A stretch of DNA of 61,470 nt, counting the filler. It is 7 parts of 7 records of this genome, joined end to end, with 100 filler letters (N's around TTAATTAATTAA, not from the genome) between each part and the next. Parts side by side here need not be neighbours in the genome. Positions count along the whole stretch, not along the records: positions 29,787 to 40,894 come from SRR31156797_41196; positions 40,995 to 48,653 come from SRR31156797_41209; 5 more parts are not named here. One strand, written 5' to 3'. Shown in pieces: positions 29,787 through 41,535 of this stretch. Under the pieces are notes generated by a model. The model was not told where the DNA came from. It did no database searches and was given only the letters and a program-made list of their open reading frames with translations. Made by a program: the position numbers and the translations under genes. Position 1 is the first letter of the stretch, and every line of letters begins with the position of its first letter.

Positions 29787-32700
29787 CGGGAGCCATTCCG
29801 TTTCCGGTATCCGGGGTTGTCGGGTCGTCGTATTGTCTTGGAAGACCAGCAAGATCCTTCGTAATCAGGACGGAGATTGCAGAGTTATCACCGGCATCGA
29901 TGCAGGGTGAGCCTGGAAGGACGACGAATGAGCCTCCCAGCGGGTTGGCGAAGAGTGGATCGTCATCGATGTTGGTTTCACCGCAGTCACCACTGTCGCA
30001 CGGGAAGTTGGACCAGGTGATGTCGAAGAAAGCGTCGGCTCCCCAGCTGTCCCAGGCATCTCCAAAGAAGCCGGCGGTGTTGCTTCGAAAAACGGTATTG
30101 GCAACGGCCAGGGATGCATGCAGGTTTTCGATTCCACCACCAAAGTAGCCTGCTTCGTTTCCGTAGAACGTGCAGTTGGTGATGCGGTTCTCAAGATCAG
30201 ACACGCCGTAGTTGTATACTCCCCCACCGTCTTCTTCGGCCGTGTTGCGATCGAAGATGCAGTTGTTGATTTCGATGGTGTCGAGTTGTAACCAGGTGTT
30301 GTATCCGTAGATCGCTCCGCCTGATCCGGTCGTGGTATTGTTCCTAAACATACATGCCGTGATTTCCGGGCTGCTGCTGTAGGAGTAGATGGCCCCGCCG
30401 CCCCAGCTCCAGAGCCCACTGGCTTCATTGCTGTCGAAGGTGCATCGTTCGATGAGCGGAGATGCATCGGTGGTGCAGTAGATCGCGCCGGCTGCGTCTT
30501 CGGCAGTGTTGGAATCGAAGAGGCAGTTTGTAATCGTCGGGCTTGATCCAAGGCAAAGGATAGCACCACCATAGGCAAAGCCGTACGAATCTGCCGGGGC
30601 GTAACCACCTGTGATCGTGAATCCGGAGAGCACGGAGCTTGTTGTTTCATCGCTGATGAACTCGAACGCGCGGTGCGGTTGCCCGGGTGATGCCTGGCAA
30701 TCGATGGTCGTGTATCGCGGGCCACTGAGGCTCTGGACGGCAATCGGTTTCCCGTTGAACGTCAGATTTCGATTTCCCGGGCCCGCGTAGCGGCCGTTGC
30801 CACAGAGGACCACATCGCCCGGTCCGGCGGCATCGATTGCAGCCTGGATGGTCGGGTAGTCGCCTGAGCCGTCCGCTGCTACGTGAATGACGCCGTTGAT
30901 GGTCCACTCGATCGTGATGTCGCGCGGATTGTTCGACGCGGCAGGGTCGGAGATCGTGAGGACAGCAAGATGACGACCAACCACCAGCTGGCTTGAGTCT
31001 GCGGCCAGTTGAATGAAAACCGCTTCGCCATCTGATGCACCTGACGCTGGCGTGAGTTCGAGCCAATCGGGATCGCCTTGCGAATAGGTTTCCGTGATGT
31101 CAAACTCCAGCGTGCCTTCGCCCGTGTTGCGGAGTTCGAAGCCGACAACAACGGGCCCCTGTCCCTTGAGCGATGTAAGACGGATGTAGTCGGCTGACAG
31201 TCCAATGGACGAGGCTGCCGGAACGGATTCGTAAAGTCCCATGTCCACCGAGGCACCAGCGATACGCGGGCAGCCCTGTGCATCCGTTGCGGGAATTCCT
31301 GCCAGCGCGTTTGTTCCTGCATCGATGCATGGAGAGCCGTGCATCAGTCGATAGTCGGCGCCATCAAAGGCGAACATCGGGTCGGCATCGATATTGCCCT
31401 GGCCTTCCCAGCTACCCTGGATATTGGAGAATGTGACCAGAGGTGCCTGGTTTGCATTTGTCCTGTAAATCTGCGGACCAGCGATGGCCGCCGTGTTCGA
31501 CCGGAAGATCGAGTTTGTGGCGGTGGACCACGAGGCGCTTCCCGTGAAGAGGCCACCACCGGATCTACCCGATGAATTTCCGGAGAATACGCAGTTGGTC
31601 AGAACGAACTCGTTGCGGTTGCTTAGACCTCCGCCATATTTCTGTGCGAGATTTCCGGCAAACAGCGTATTGACGGCAAAGAAAATCGAGCTTGCATCGA
31701 CCAAGGCGCCCCCGCCGTTGGCGTAGCTCGTATTGCGTTCGATGCGGCAGGTGTCAAAAAATGGCAGCGAACTGTAGGCATGGACGCCGCTTCCGATATT
31801 GTCTTCGATGCGGCAATGCTTGAAGATCGGTGAAGACTGGTAGAGATACACTCCCCCACCGGTTCCATTTGGCGGCGCGATGTAGCCTGTCAGCGGTGCC
31901 GTGTTTCCGCGGATGAAGCAGTTCGCGATCATCGGGCTGGACGCATCGCAGTAGATGCCTGCTCCACCTTCTGCCGTAGAGTAACCGCCTGTGATCGTGA
32001 AACCTTCCAGGACAGAGTCCCGTGTTTCTCCGTTGTGGAAATAGAATCCGCGATGGTTTTCCGATTCATTGCCTGCGCACTCGAGGATGCAGTGATCGGG
32101 ACCACTGACACTACGCAGAGTGATCGGCTTGCCGAGGAAGTCGATGTCGCGGTTTCCGTCGCCGAAATAGATTCCGTCATGGCAGAGAATCAGGTCGTAG
32201 TCCCCTGCCGCGTCGATGGCTGCCTGGATCGTGGGATAGTCGCCAAATCCATCGGCGCGAACATGGATGGGATCGCTACCCAGTAGCAGCTGAACAGTGA
32301 CCTCTATCGTCTCTTGCAGAGCTGCAGCATTTTCGAACGTCAAGACCGCGGTATGGTTGCCCGGGGTGAGTCCATCGGGAAGAACCTCGAATTCGATTTC
32401 TTCGATGCTGACACCTGATTCACCTGACGACGGGTGCACCGAAAGCCATGACGGGTTCTGGGTGATCGACCACTGCAACGTGCCTGAGCCTGCGTTTCGA
32501 ATGTTGATGGTTTGAGGCTGTGGAGCTTCGCCACCGTATGCGATGAACCGCAGCTGCTGGGTATCGATCGCGATTGCAGGGGATGCGAGTGGATTATGCT
32601 CAAGGGCGCCCCGGTCGGGATTCGATCCGATGACGCGAGGCGTTCCTTCCAGGTCCTGAGCCGGGAGAGTCGCATCGGGATTCGCGGAATTGATGCAGGG

Positions 32701-35700
32701 CGACCCTGCGAGCAGATGCGCATCGATCCCATCGAACGCAAGAAGTGGATCTGTATCCATGTTCCCCTCTCCGGTCCACCCTCCTTCAATCGAGGTATGC
32801 TCTATCGTTATTTGTTCGTCACCATCAACACTTGCAATGGCCAGACCAGTCCCTCCCGTGTTCTTCCAGATGATACTGTTGCGGAACACGGGATAGCCTG
32901 ACGTATCGTTGAAGAGTACCGTTGCGTACCGGTCTGCCGAATTTCCGGTGAACGTGCAATTCAGGAAATCGGGCTGGGAAGCATTGACGGAAACGGCTCC
33001 ACCGCGATCGGCATGATTCCCAACAAAGAGGCAGCCTGTCACTGTCGGATTGGATTCAATCCGGGCTGCCAGTCCGCCCCCCGTTCCGGTCGCGGTGTTG
33101 AAGCGGAAGACACAGTTGATGATCCCTGGCGAAGAAAGCGTTCCACAAGAAACGGCAGCACCGACAGACGAGGTATTGTATTCAAAGACGCAATCCGAGA
33201 TCGTTGGAGAGGAGTTCCTGCAACTGATGGCACCACCTTCGTAATGGGCTCCGTTTCGGATTGTGAATCCACGGAGGATCGATTTGCCTGTTTCCCCGTA
33301 GAGGAACGTAAATCCCCTGTGGTATTGTTCAAACGAGCCCTGTGCATCGATGATGGTTGAAGCGGCGCCATTGAGGCTCTGAACGGTGATGGCTTTTCCG
33401 ATGAAGAGAATATCCCTGTTGCCATCCCCGGTGTATGTACCGTCGCCAACGAGTACCGTGTCGCCTGTTCCGGCAAAATTGATGGCGGACTGGATCGCAG
33501 GCAGTGCCTGTTCCCATGATGTACCATCGCCGTTGGTTGATGCATCCTCTGCGACGAACCAGGTAACCTGGCATTCGTCCGGGCGACCGTTGGTGTCGGC
33601 ATCCAGACTGGTGCCGGAGAGGATGTCGAGGAAGTCCGGCACGCCGTTGGTGTTGCAGTCGAACTCGCATTCATCGGGGATCCGGTTGTAGTTCGTATCG
33701 GCGCTGGTTCCTGCAGCAATGTCATCGGAATCGAAGACGCCATTGTTGTTGCAATCGGTCTCGCATTCATCCGGAAGGCCGTTGCTGTTGATGTCCGGGC
33801 TTGTGCCGGCTTCGAGGTCGCAATCATCCGGAATACCGTTTGTATTGCAGTCGAATTCGCATTCGTCGGGAATGCCGTTGCTGTTGCAGTCGAGGCTTGC
33901 CCCGCTGGCGATATCACATTCATCCGGAATCCCATTGGCGTTGCAGCCGGGTTCGCATTCGTCCGGGATGCCGTTGGTGTTGCAGTCGAGGCTGTTTCCG
34001 CTGGCGATGTCGCATTCGTCCGGGATGCCATTTTCATTACAGCCGGGTTCACACTCGTCGGGGACTAGGTTCGTGTTGCAGTCCACGCTTGTACCCAGAT
34101 GGATATCCCATGGATCCGGCGACTCGTTTTCATTGCAGTCGGGTTCGCATTCGTCGGGTACCGCGTTGCCGTTCACGTCGGCACTGAGTCCCATGAAGAG
34201 GTCGTCGTTATCGGGAAGGCCGTTGGTGTTGCAATCCTGCAGGTATTCGAATGCTCCGATGTCTATCACCAGGCCCGTACCTGGTTTCATCGGATTATCC
34301 ACAAGCCGAGGGAAACCAGCCAGATCAATGGAGACGGGCTCGTGCAGAATGCGATCTCCGTCAACATCGGCCAGATCCAGAAGGGCCGCATGGTTCGAGC
34401 CGGCATCCGATGCGGGCGATTCCGGGAGCAGGTGGTAATCCCCATTCAACACATCGACGAACTGAGGCTGCTTCTGAATATTCCCTTCCCCCATGTAGCC
34501 GCCTTCAATGAGACTGTAAGAGATATTCAACGTGCTGCCGAACTGATTGAACAGCTGCGGGTACTGTGACGCATAATTGCCCGAGATGATGGTATTGACG
34601 ATATCGAGGTATCCACCCGTCGAGTTAAAGATACAGCCCCCCTGGCTGGTCGCCTCATTCGTTGCCAGGGTGCAATTCAGGAATTTCGAGACGGAATACT
34701 CATCATTGTAGAGAGCGCCGCCATACTCTGCTTCATTTTGATCCATGAGCGTGTTTACAAAGAGAGGGTTGGAGTAGCCGCTCGTGAAGATGGCACCCCC
34801 TTTTTCCGCATCATTTTCCACAAAGCGGCAGTTGCTGATACGAGGCGAACCATGCCAGGTATACATTGCCCCGCCCTGCTCTGCCGAGCAGTATTGCATT
34901 ACACAGTTCCGGATCAGGGGATGTGCCCACTCGCAATAGATTCCTCCTCCGGATTCGAAAAAGAATTCATCCTGGTCGGAGTTTTCCAGAGGAGCAAAAC
35001 CATTCCGGATGGTAAAACCATCCAGAACCGAATCGATTGTTTCGTTGGTCCGGAACACGAATCCACGATGCGGGCTCATCTGCCCGCCACGGCAATCGAT
35101 AATGCAATTTTCAGGTCCATTGATGCTCCGGAGCGTGATTCGCTTGCCGTCGAACGTGATGTCGCGGTTTCCGCTTCCGGAATAGACGCCATCGGCGACT
35201 TCAATCGTATCCCAATCCTCGGCGGCATTAATGGCGGCCTGGATCGTCGGGTACTGTCCTGTCCCATCGGCCCTGACCGTGTATGTCGATCCGACCGAGA
35301 GCAAGACCGGCAGCTCATAGATTTCCTGCGATGATTCGTCATTGACAAACGTGATGACTGCCTGGTAACTCCCTGCAGACAGGTTTGAGATATCCGCATC
35401 CAGGGAAATGATTTCATCCAGCACACCTGCGATCCCTGTTTCCGGCTGAAGCTGCAACCAGGGCGCATCGGATGTTGCGCTCCACTGGACGGTTTGTGTA
35501 CCTCGATTTTTCAACCGAACTTCGAGTCCATCGAGAATCTCACCTCCATACGCAACCAGATGCGCTTCTGCTGGATACGTTGACAGAATTACCCCTGAAT
35601 CATGAAGAAACTCGTAGACGCCCATGTCGACAATTCCGCCCGAGACTCGAGGATTTCCATCCAGGTCTTCATCGGGGAGACCGCCGTGAACCAGGTGCGT

Positions 35701-36864
35701 TCCGGCTTCTATACATGGGGAACCCGGCAAGAGATGATAATCATCCTGCCAGAAGGTAATCATTGGATCGTCACTGATATTGCCTTCCCCTTGCCAGCCC
35801 CCGGGTAAAGCGGAATACAGAACCGTCGTGTCCGAGTTCTCCGAATAGTAAATCAGATCGTTCGTATCGTTTGGAAAAGGGGCAATGATGCAGTTTGTTA
35901 ACCTGGCATTGGAATATTCCACACTGCGTGTCACCGAACCAGGCTTCACGCTTTCATTTCCGACAAACGTGCAGTTGGCGATTATGGAAGAAGCATTCTG
36001 GTGAGAAAGTGCTCCTCCATCGAGAGACGTGTTCCCGATGAAAAGACAGTTGGTGAACCAGAGTCGGCATAAAAAGCCATTTACCGCACCACCGCTGAAA
36101 TATCCGTAGTTCTTTTTGAAGATGCAGTTGCTGAATTCCGGTAAACAATTCGAAGCCGAATGAACAGCACCTCCCGATTCTCCAATATTGTTTTCAAACA
36201 CGCTGTCAGAAACCTTCGGCGATGATTCGATCAGGTATAACGCTCCGCCCGATACTCCGATGTTGTTGCTGAACAGGCAGTTTTTAACCACTGGCGAAGA
36301 CAGAATGCATGCAAGCGAGCCCCACTCTCCCGTATTGTTGCGAAACACGCAATTATCTACGGTTGGATTCGACTCACTGCAAAAAATACCTGCGCCAGCG
36401 AAACTGAAGTTATTCTCGATGATACAATTGGTAATCGTCAGATCTGAAGAATAACAAGCAATCGCCGAATTGCTCGTAGAGTCAACATTGGTAATGGTAA
36501 ACCCGGAAAGGACCGCGGCGCGCGATTCCCCGACAAAGACGAATCCTCCATGGGGGTCTTCCTGATTGCCCTGGCAATCGATGATGGAATACTCCGGGCC
36601 ATTTTCGCTCAAGAGTTTGATGGTTTTTCCATGGAACTGAATATCCCTGTTGCCCGGTCCCGTATAGGTACCGTCACCAACAAAGACCGTATCCCCTGAA
36701 ACGGAGGCATCGATTCCTGTCTGGATGGTGTCAAATGCCGTCGCCCAGGACGTACCATCCCCGCCTGGTTCAGCATCTACCGACACATACCACGTGCTTC
36801 CAAACCCTGTGGCTGCACAACCGAGGAGCACCAGGGCTGCAAAACAAACTATGCGATTATCCAT
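29787..36864 (-). CDS. Giant secreted protein: five right-handed beta-helix modules, three BACON-like domains, Cys/Asp DCNxNG repeats (3' truncated)
   Basis: Repeated TIQAAI..GxYxGxGNRDI..F.GK.I starts, GGAI/F..N beta-helix rungs, L.PGSPCIDAG/D.G.YE ends, W..PWL...P.SG linkers. Confidence 0.85.
33570..34240 (-). repeat. Intragenic DCNxNGIPDEC repeats (seven ~32-aa units)
   Basis: 14 D/G-C-N-x-N-G-x-P-D-like half-units in the translation; coordinates approximate. Confidence 0.85.
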
Positions 36865-36974
36865 CGATATGAGTCTCCATACTCCCAGCGACGAGCGGTG
36901 CTACTGACTTCAAGCACCATAATTATAGCCACTGGATAAGCGTATTCCAAAAATGGGGGGATGTTTGGGGTTCT

Positions 36975-37691
36975 ATGGATTCAAACGGCTGTTCCTATAC
37001 AATAATGCGCATGAGTTCCGAGCCTACTTTCATCTGTTTTTCGGGTCTGGCGGCTGACCACAGGTTGTACGAACGCCAAATACAGCTTCCGTGGGAAATG
37101 CGGTGCATCGACTTTGTCGATCCGGAAGAGGATGAGCCGCTTCGGGATTATGCATTGCGTTTGATCGGCATGTCGGAGCTTCCGGAGCGGACGATTCTGT
37201 GCGGGATTTCGTTTGGCGGGATGTTAGCAGCCGAGCTGGCTCAGCATCTGAATCCGGAGGCGGTGGTGATGATCGCCAGCACTCCGCAGCCCAAAGGAGT
37301 TTCCTCACTGCTGCGCATGTTTAATGCGATTTCCGGGATCATTCCGGACATGGCTGTTCGCCAGGCGGGGAATTACTCGAAGACTTTTTTGAACCTGTTT
37401 CATAATCTCTCGGATGCGGAACACGAGATGTTCGCGGACATGTTCAGGCAGACTCCGGTCACGCGGGTCAAGCGTCTCGGGAAGATGATCTTCAACTGGG
37501 ATGGCGTGGAGAGCTTTCCGTGTCCGAAGCTGCATGTGCATGGGGAGCGAGACCCGGTGATTCCGGCCCGGAAGATCCGGCAGAAGCCTGATGTGATCAT
37601 TCCCGGAGCACGTCACCTGGTGAACTGGACTCATGCGGACGAGGTGAACGCGGCGATTGAGAAATTCGTCCGAAACCTGCCCTGTAACTAA
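36975..37691 (+). CDS. Alpha/beta hydrolase
   Basis: GISFGG nucleophile, HGERD, GARH triad; real start may be a downstream ATG near 37005-37011. Confidence 0.85.
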   Translation: MDSNGCSYTIMRMSSEPTFICFSGLAADHRLYERQIQLPWEMRCIDFVDPEEDEPLRDYALRLIGMSELPERTILCGISFGGMLAAELAQHLNPEAVVMIASTPQPKGVSSLLRMFNAISGIIPDMAVRQAGNYSKTFLNLFHNLSDAEHEMFADMFRQTPVTRVKRLGKMIFNWDGVESFPCPKLHVHGERDPVIPARKIRQKPDVIIPGARHLVNWTHADEVNAAIEKFVRNLPCN

Positions 37692-37821
37692 TCGCAATTC
37701 ATATGTAAGAACCTGCCAGCCTGCTGCAAATCGTATAGAGATCGTGGTATACTTGTCGCGTCCGGGATCTGGAAACACAGTATAAAACGATGTAGATGGG
37801 CCTTTTTCGAAAGGGGGCAGT

Positions 37822-39363
37822 ATGAGACCTTGTCGGTTGTGGCACGTAACGGTGCTTCTGCTTTGCCTGGCGGGCTATGCCTGGAGCGACCAGGAACCCA
37901 AGCACCTGCTGAAGGGAACGGTTGTAAATGAAGCCGGGGAGCCGGTTGAAGGTGTCCAGGTCGGTGTTGCCCGGGAAGGCGAAGATACAGGCGGATGGGG
38001 GCACATCTCCTACCTGGGACTCGATCAATTCGAGGTGTCCAGTAATCCGGATTACTGGATGGGTATGATGCCTGTCCGAAACACGTACAAAAGTGGACAG
38101 GGAACCACAGATCAGAACGGGCAATTTTTGATCGAACAGCTCAAGGCTGGACCGTACATCCTGCTCGCTGCTCATCCAACCGAAGGTTTGACGACAACCA
38201 AGTTTCAGTATGATCCAGCCGCAACAGATCATCCGACGATCACACTTGAACCGGCAGGGTATATCTACGGGCAGCTGGAAGGTGAACACAACTTTGGATA
38301 TATCAGAGTGTCCTCCAATCAATGTGCTGAGATTAAACCGGATGCAGAGAATCCGTTTTGTCGTTACCCGACGCTGAATCGAATCCACATCTATAAAAGG
38401 ATCGGGAAAAACGGGAAGTACTGCATCGGGCCCCTCCCGACTCCCGGCGAGTACTCGGTTTCGGCTGATTCGTTTATCGTCGATCGAGGTTTCTTTGCCA
38501 CCCTTTTCAATTCATCCGTCTCCCTGAAAAAGGGTGAGACGTTCTGCTGTTCTAAAAAAGACGATGCCTGTATTACAGGTCGTGTGCTGGGGCCGGACGG
38601 AAAACCTCTCCAGCTTGTCAACGTCACCCTGCGGCACCCCGCACTGGACGAAGCGGAAGCAAAACAACCCAAGCGAAACTATTCCTACTTCGGCCCGGGC
38701 CAGAAGCGTCCCACAATTTCGGGGGCAGTTACCAACGAGAAAGGCGAGTACCGCATCCCTGTATATTCAAAAGGGGCAGCGACACTTCATGCACAGCGAT
38801 GGTCAAAACGAACGGGCTTTGGCTGAGGCCCCGGCCCTCAGGATGTTTTTGCCTGGCAGAACATCCAGTTGCCGGTCGGCAACGCGAAACCGCTGGACAT
38901 CAAAATCGACAAGTTCCTGACGCTGGTAAAGGGACAGACAGCACCCGACTTCAAGGGCAAAACGCTTGATGGGAAAGAAATCCGCCTGGCGGACCTGAAG
39001 GGGAAGGTCGTGCTGGTGGACTTCTGGGCGACCTGGTGCGGTCCGTGCATCAAGGAGTTTCCAAACATCAAGAAGGCGTACGACAAGTATGGTGGCGAGA
39101 AGGGCAAGCTGGTGGTCATCGGGATCTGCCTGGATTCGGACAAGGATTCGATCCAGCGGATATTGAAATCCAAGTCGGTGACCTGGCCCCAGATCCCGGG
39201 GAAATCTGCCTCGACTGATCCCATTGCCAAGGCGTATAACGTCGCGGGTGTGCCGGCGACGTTCCTGATCGGTCCGGATGGCAAGCTCCTGGCGACGGAC
39301 CTGAGGGGCAAAGCGTTCGAGAAGGAAATCGGTAAGGCGATCCGCAAGATGCAGGGAAAATAG
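37822..39363 (+). CDS. Secreted carboxypeptidase-regulatory-like beta-sandwich protein fused to TlpA thioredoxin via in-frame TGA (38824-38826); candidate selenoprotein
   Basis: ORFs 37822-38826 and 38869-39363 are in frame, separated only by TGA and 14 sense codons (FG*GPGPQDVFAWQNIQLPVGN); TlpA motif DFWATWCGPC. Confidence 0.65.
38841..38866 (+). promoter_or_regulatory. Candidate SECIS-like hairpin
   Basis: GGAUGUU/AACAUCC stem plus UUGC/GCAG upper stem; loop begins 27 nt after the UGA. Confidence 0.5.
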
Positions 39364-39393
39364 CCCCCTGTGAAACTTCAGGAATTCACACCT

Positions 39394-39430
39394 ACCGCCC
39401 GTGGAACAGGGTTTCTGCACCATGGGCGGT
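39394..39430 (+). terminator. Hairpin after TlpA fusion
   Basis: ACCGCCCGTGG / CCATGGGCGGT inverted repeat. Confidence 0.5.
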
Positions 39431-39646
39431 GTCTTCCTACCTTGCGAAATACTGCATATTGTGGTAGCATTATTCAGTCAAAAGGCACGGCGCGGTTGCC
39501 GTTTTTGACATTTCGGGGTTAGTTTAGATAAACTATTCGATCCTGCGAAAGCGCGGTTACGGACAAGGTCTATCCTGTGCCACACCGGGATCTGAATCGG
39601 GTGAATTGTTGCCCGGTATATAAGATGTAGAAGGATCACAAGCTGT

Positions 39647-40894
39647 ATGTTCCTGAAGCGAATCGACATGAAGGGTTTCAAGAGCTTCGCCGAAAAGGTG
39701 ACGTTCGATTTCGGTCCGGGCGTTACGTGTATCGTCGGGCCTAATGGCTGCGGTAAGAGTAACGTGGTCGATGCCTTCCGGTGGGTGCTGGGCGAGCAGT
39801 CCGCCAAGTCGCTTCGTGGTAAGCAGATGCAGGACATGATCTTCAACGGGTCCGGAGGTCGGAAGGCTGCGGCATTCGCGGAAGTGAATCTTGTCTTCGA
39901 TAACACTGATCGCTCACTCGCGCTGGATACCGACGAGGTTGCTGTCTGCAGACGGCTGTATCGTTCGGGCGAAAGTGAATATTCGCTGTGCGGGCAGACG
40001 TCGCGACTCAAGGATATTCGCGAGCTTTTCCTCGATACGGGTGTGGGTACGGAAGCGTACTCGGTTATCGAGCAGGGCAAGGTGGAGATTCTCCTGCAGG
40101 CGAGTCCGCAGGAACGCCGGATGATCTTTGAAGAGGCCGCGGGAATCAGCAAGTACAAGGTCCGCCGCAAGGAAGCCGAACGCAAGCTGGATCGTACGCA
40201 GCAGAACCTGCTTCGCGTGGAAGATGTGATCGAAGAACTGGGCAAGCGTCTGCGAAGCGTGAAGTACCAGGCCGGCAAAGCCCGCAACTACAAAGAATAC
40301 GAAGAGCGTCTGAAGGAACTCCGAGCGAGCTTCTCCATGGCGGAGTATCACCGTCATACCCAGGCAATCGACAACCAGGTCAAGAAGTGCCAGGAGATCA
40401 GTGACGAAGTGACGGCTCTGCGCACGCGGATCGATGCCAACGAAGCCGAGGCATCCCAGCTCACGACCCGCACGGATGCTTTGACCGAAGAGCTTTCCGG
40501 GGCTGAAAGTGAACTGATTCGCGTCCGGTCGGATATTACCGCGAACCAGGAACGGATTTCTTCGTCCGAGCGTCGCATCGAAGAACAGAAGGCGAATCGG
40601 GATCGGGCACTCGCACAGGTTCGCGATGGCAACGAGCGCGTCGAGCAGATGCAGACGCAGCTGACCACCGCGGAAGAGCAGCACGAACGGCTGACCGGCG
40701 AGATCGAAGAACAGCATCAGAAGGTCGATGAGCTGCATGAGCAGGATCGCAAGCTGGCCCACGAACTCACGCAGGCCAAGGCGATTCTCGAAGATGAGAA
40801 GGCAGGCATTATCGAACTGCTTCGTCGTACGGCTCACCTTCATAACGAAATTGAACAGCTCAACTCGCACCAGGAGAACCTGGTCGGGCAGAAG
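39647..40894 (+). CDS. smc: Chromosome segregation protein SMC (3' truncated)
   Basis: GFKSFA, Walker A GPNGCGKSN, Q-loop YSVIEQG, FEEAAGISKY, long coiled coil. Confidence 0.96.
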
Positions 40895-40994
40895 NNNNNN
40901 NNNNNNNNNNNNNNNNNNNNNNNNNNNNNNNNNNNNNNTTAATTAATTAANNNNNNNNNNNNNNNNNNNNNNNNNNNNNNNNNNNNNNNNNNNN
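40895..40994. other. Artificial contig spacer
   Basis: N run with TTAATTAATTAA. Confidence 0.99.
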
Positions 40995-40995
40995 C

Positions 40996-41478
40996 GTTTT
41001 TCCGGTTGCCTTCATCGTCTTGATCATTCTGGCGGCTGTCGCTTACTTCCTGCTCTACTGGACTCATTTCGGCCGCGGGATCCGTGCGATCGGAAGCAAT
41101 GAACGCGCGGCCCGGCTTGCCGGTGTCCACGTCGATTTCGTCAAGGTGATTGCCTTTGTCATCAGCGGACTGACCTTCGCGATCAGCGGCTTCTTTCTTT
41201 CCGGCCTGCTCTATTCCTCGAGCGGAACGATGGCGACAAATTTTGAGTTGAATGCCATTGCGGCCGTCGTCGTCGGCGGCACTTCGCTTCGCGGCGGTCA
41301 GGCGACGATTGTCGGTACCGTGGGCGGCGCCGTTCTGTTCTCATTGCTTTCGAACGCTCTGAACCTGCTTGGTGTCTCCTCATACTGGCAGTACGTGCTC
41401 ACCGGCGTCGTGCTTGCAACCGCCGTCGCGCTCGGACGATTGCGCCGGTCGGAGCAGGACGTTCGCGGGGCGGACTGA
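40996..41478 (+). CDS. Monosaccharide ABC permease, RbsC family (5' truncated)
   Basis: FGRGIRAIGSNERAARLAG, ELNAIAAVVVGGTSLRGG. Confidence 0.92.
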   Translation, partial: VFPVAFIVLIILAAVAYFLLYWTHFGRGIRAIGSNERAARLAGVHVDFVKVIAFVISGLTFAISGFFLSGLLYSSSGTMATNFELNAIAAVVVGGTSLRGGQATIVGTVGGAVLFSLLSNALNLLGVSSYWQYVLTGVVLATAVALGRLRRSEQDVRGAD

Positions 41479-41535
41479 GGACTTTCGGACAAACAGCAAA
41501 TCGCGCGCCCGATCACGTGGCCCGCCCAAAAGGGA

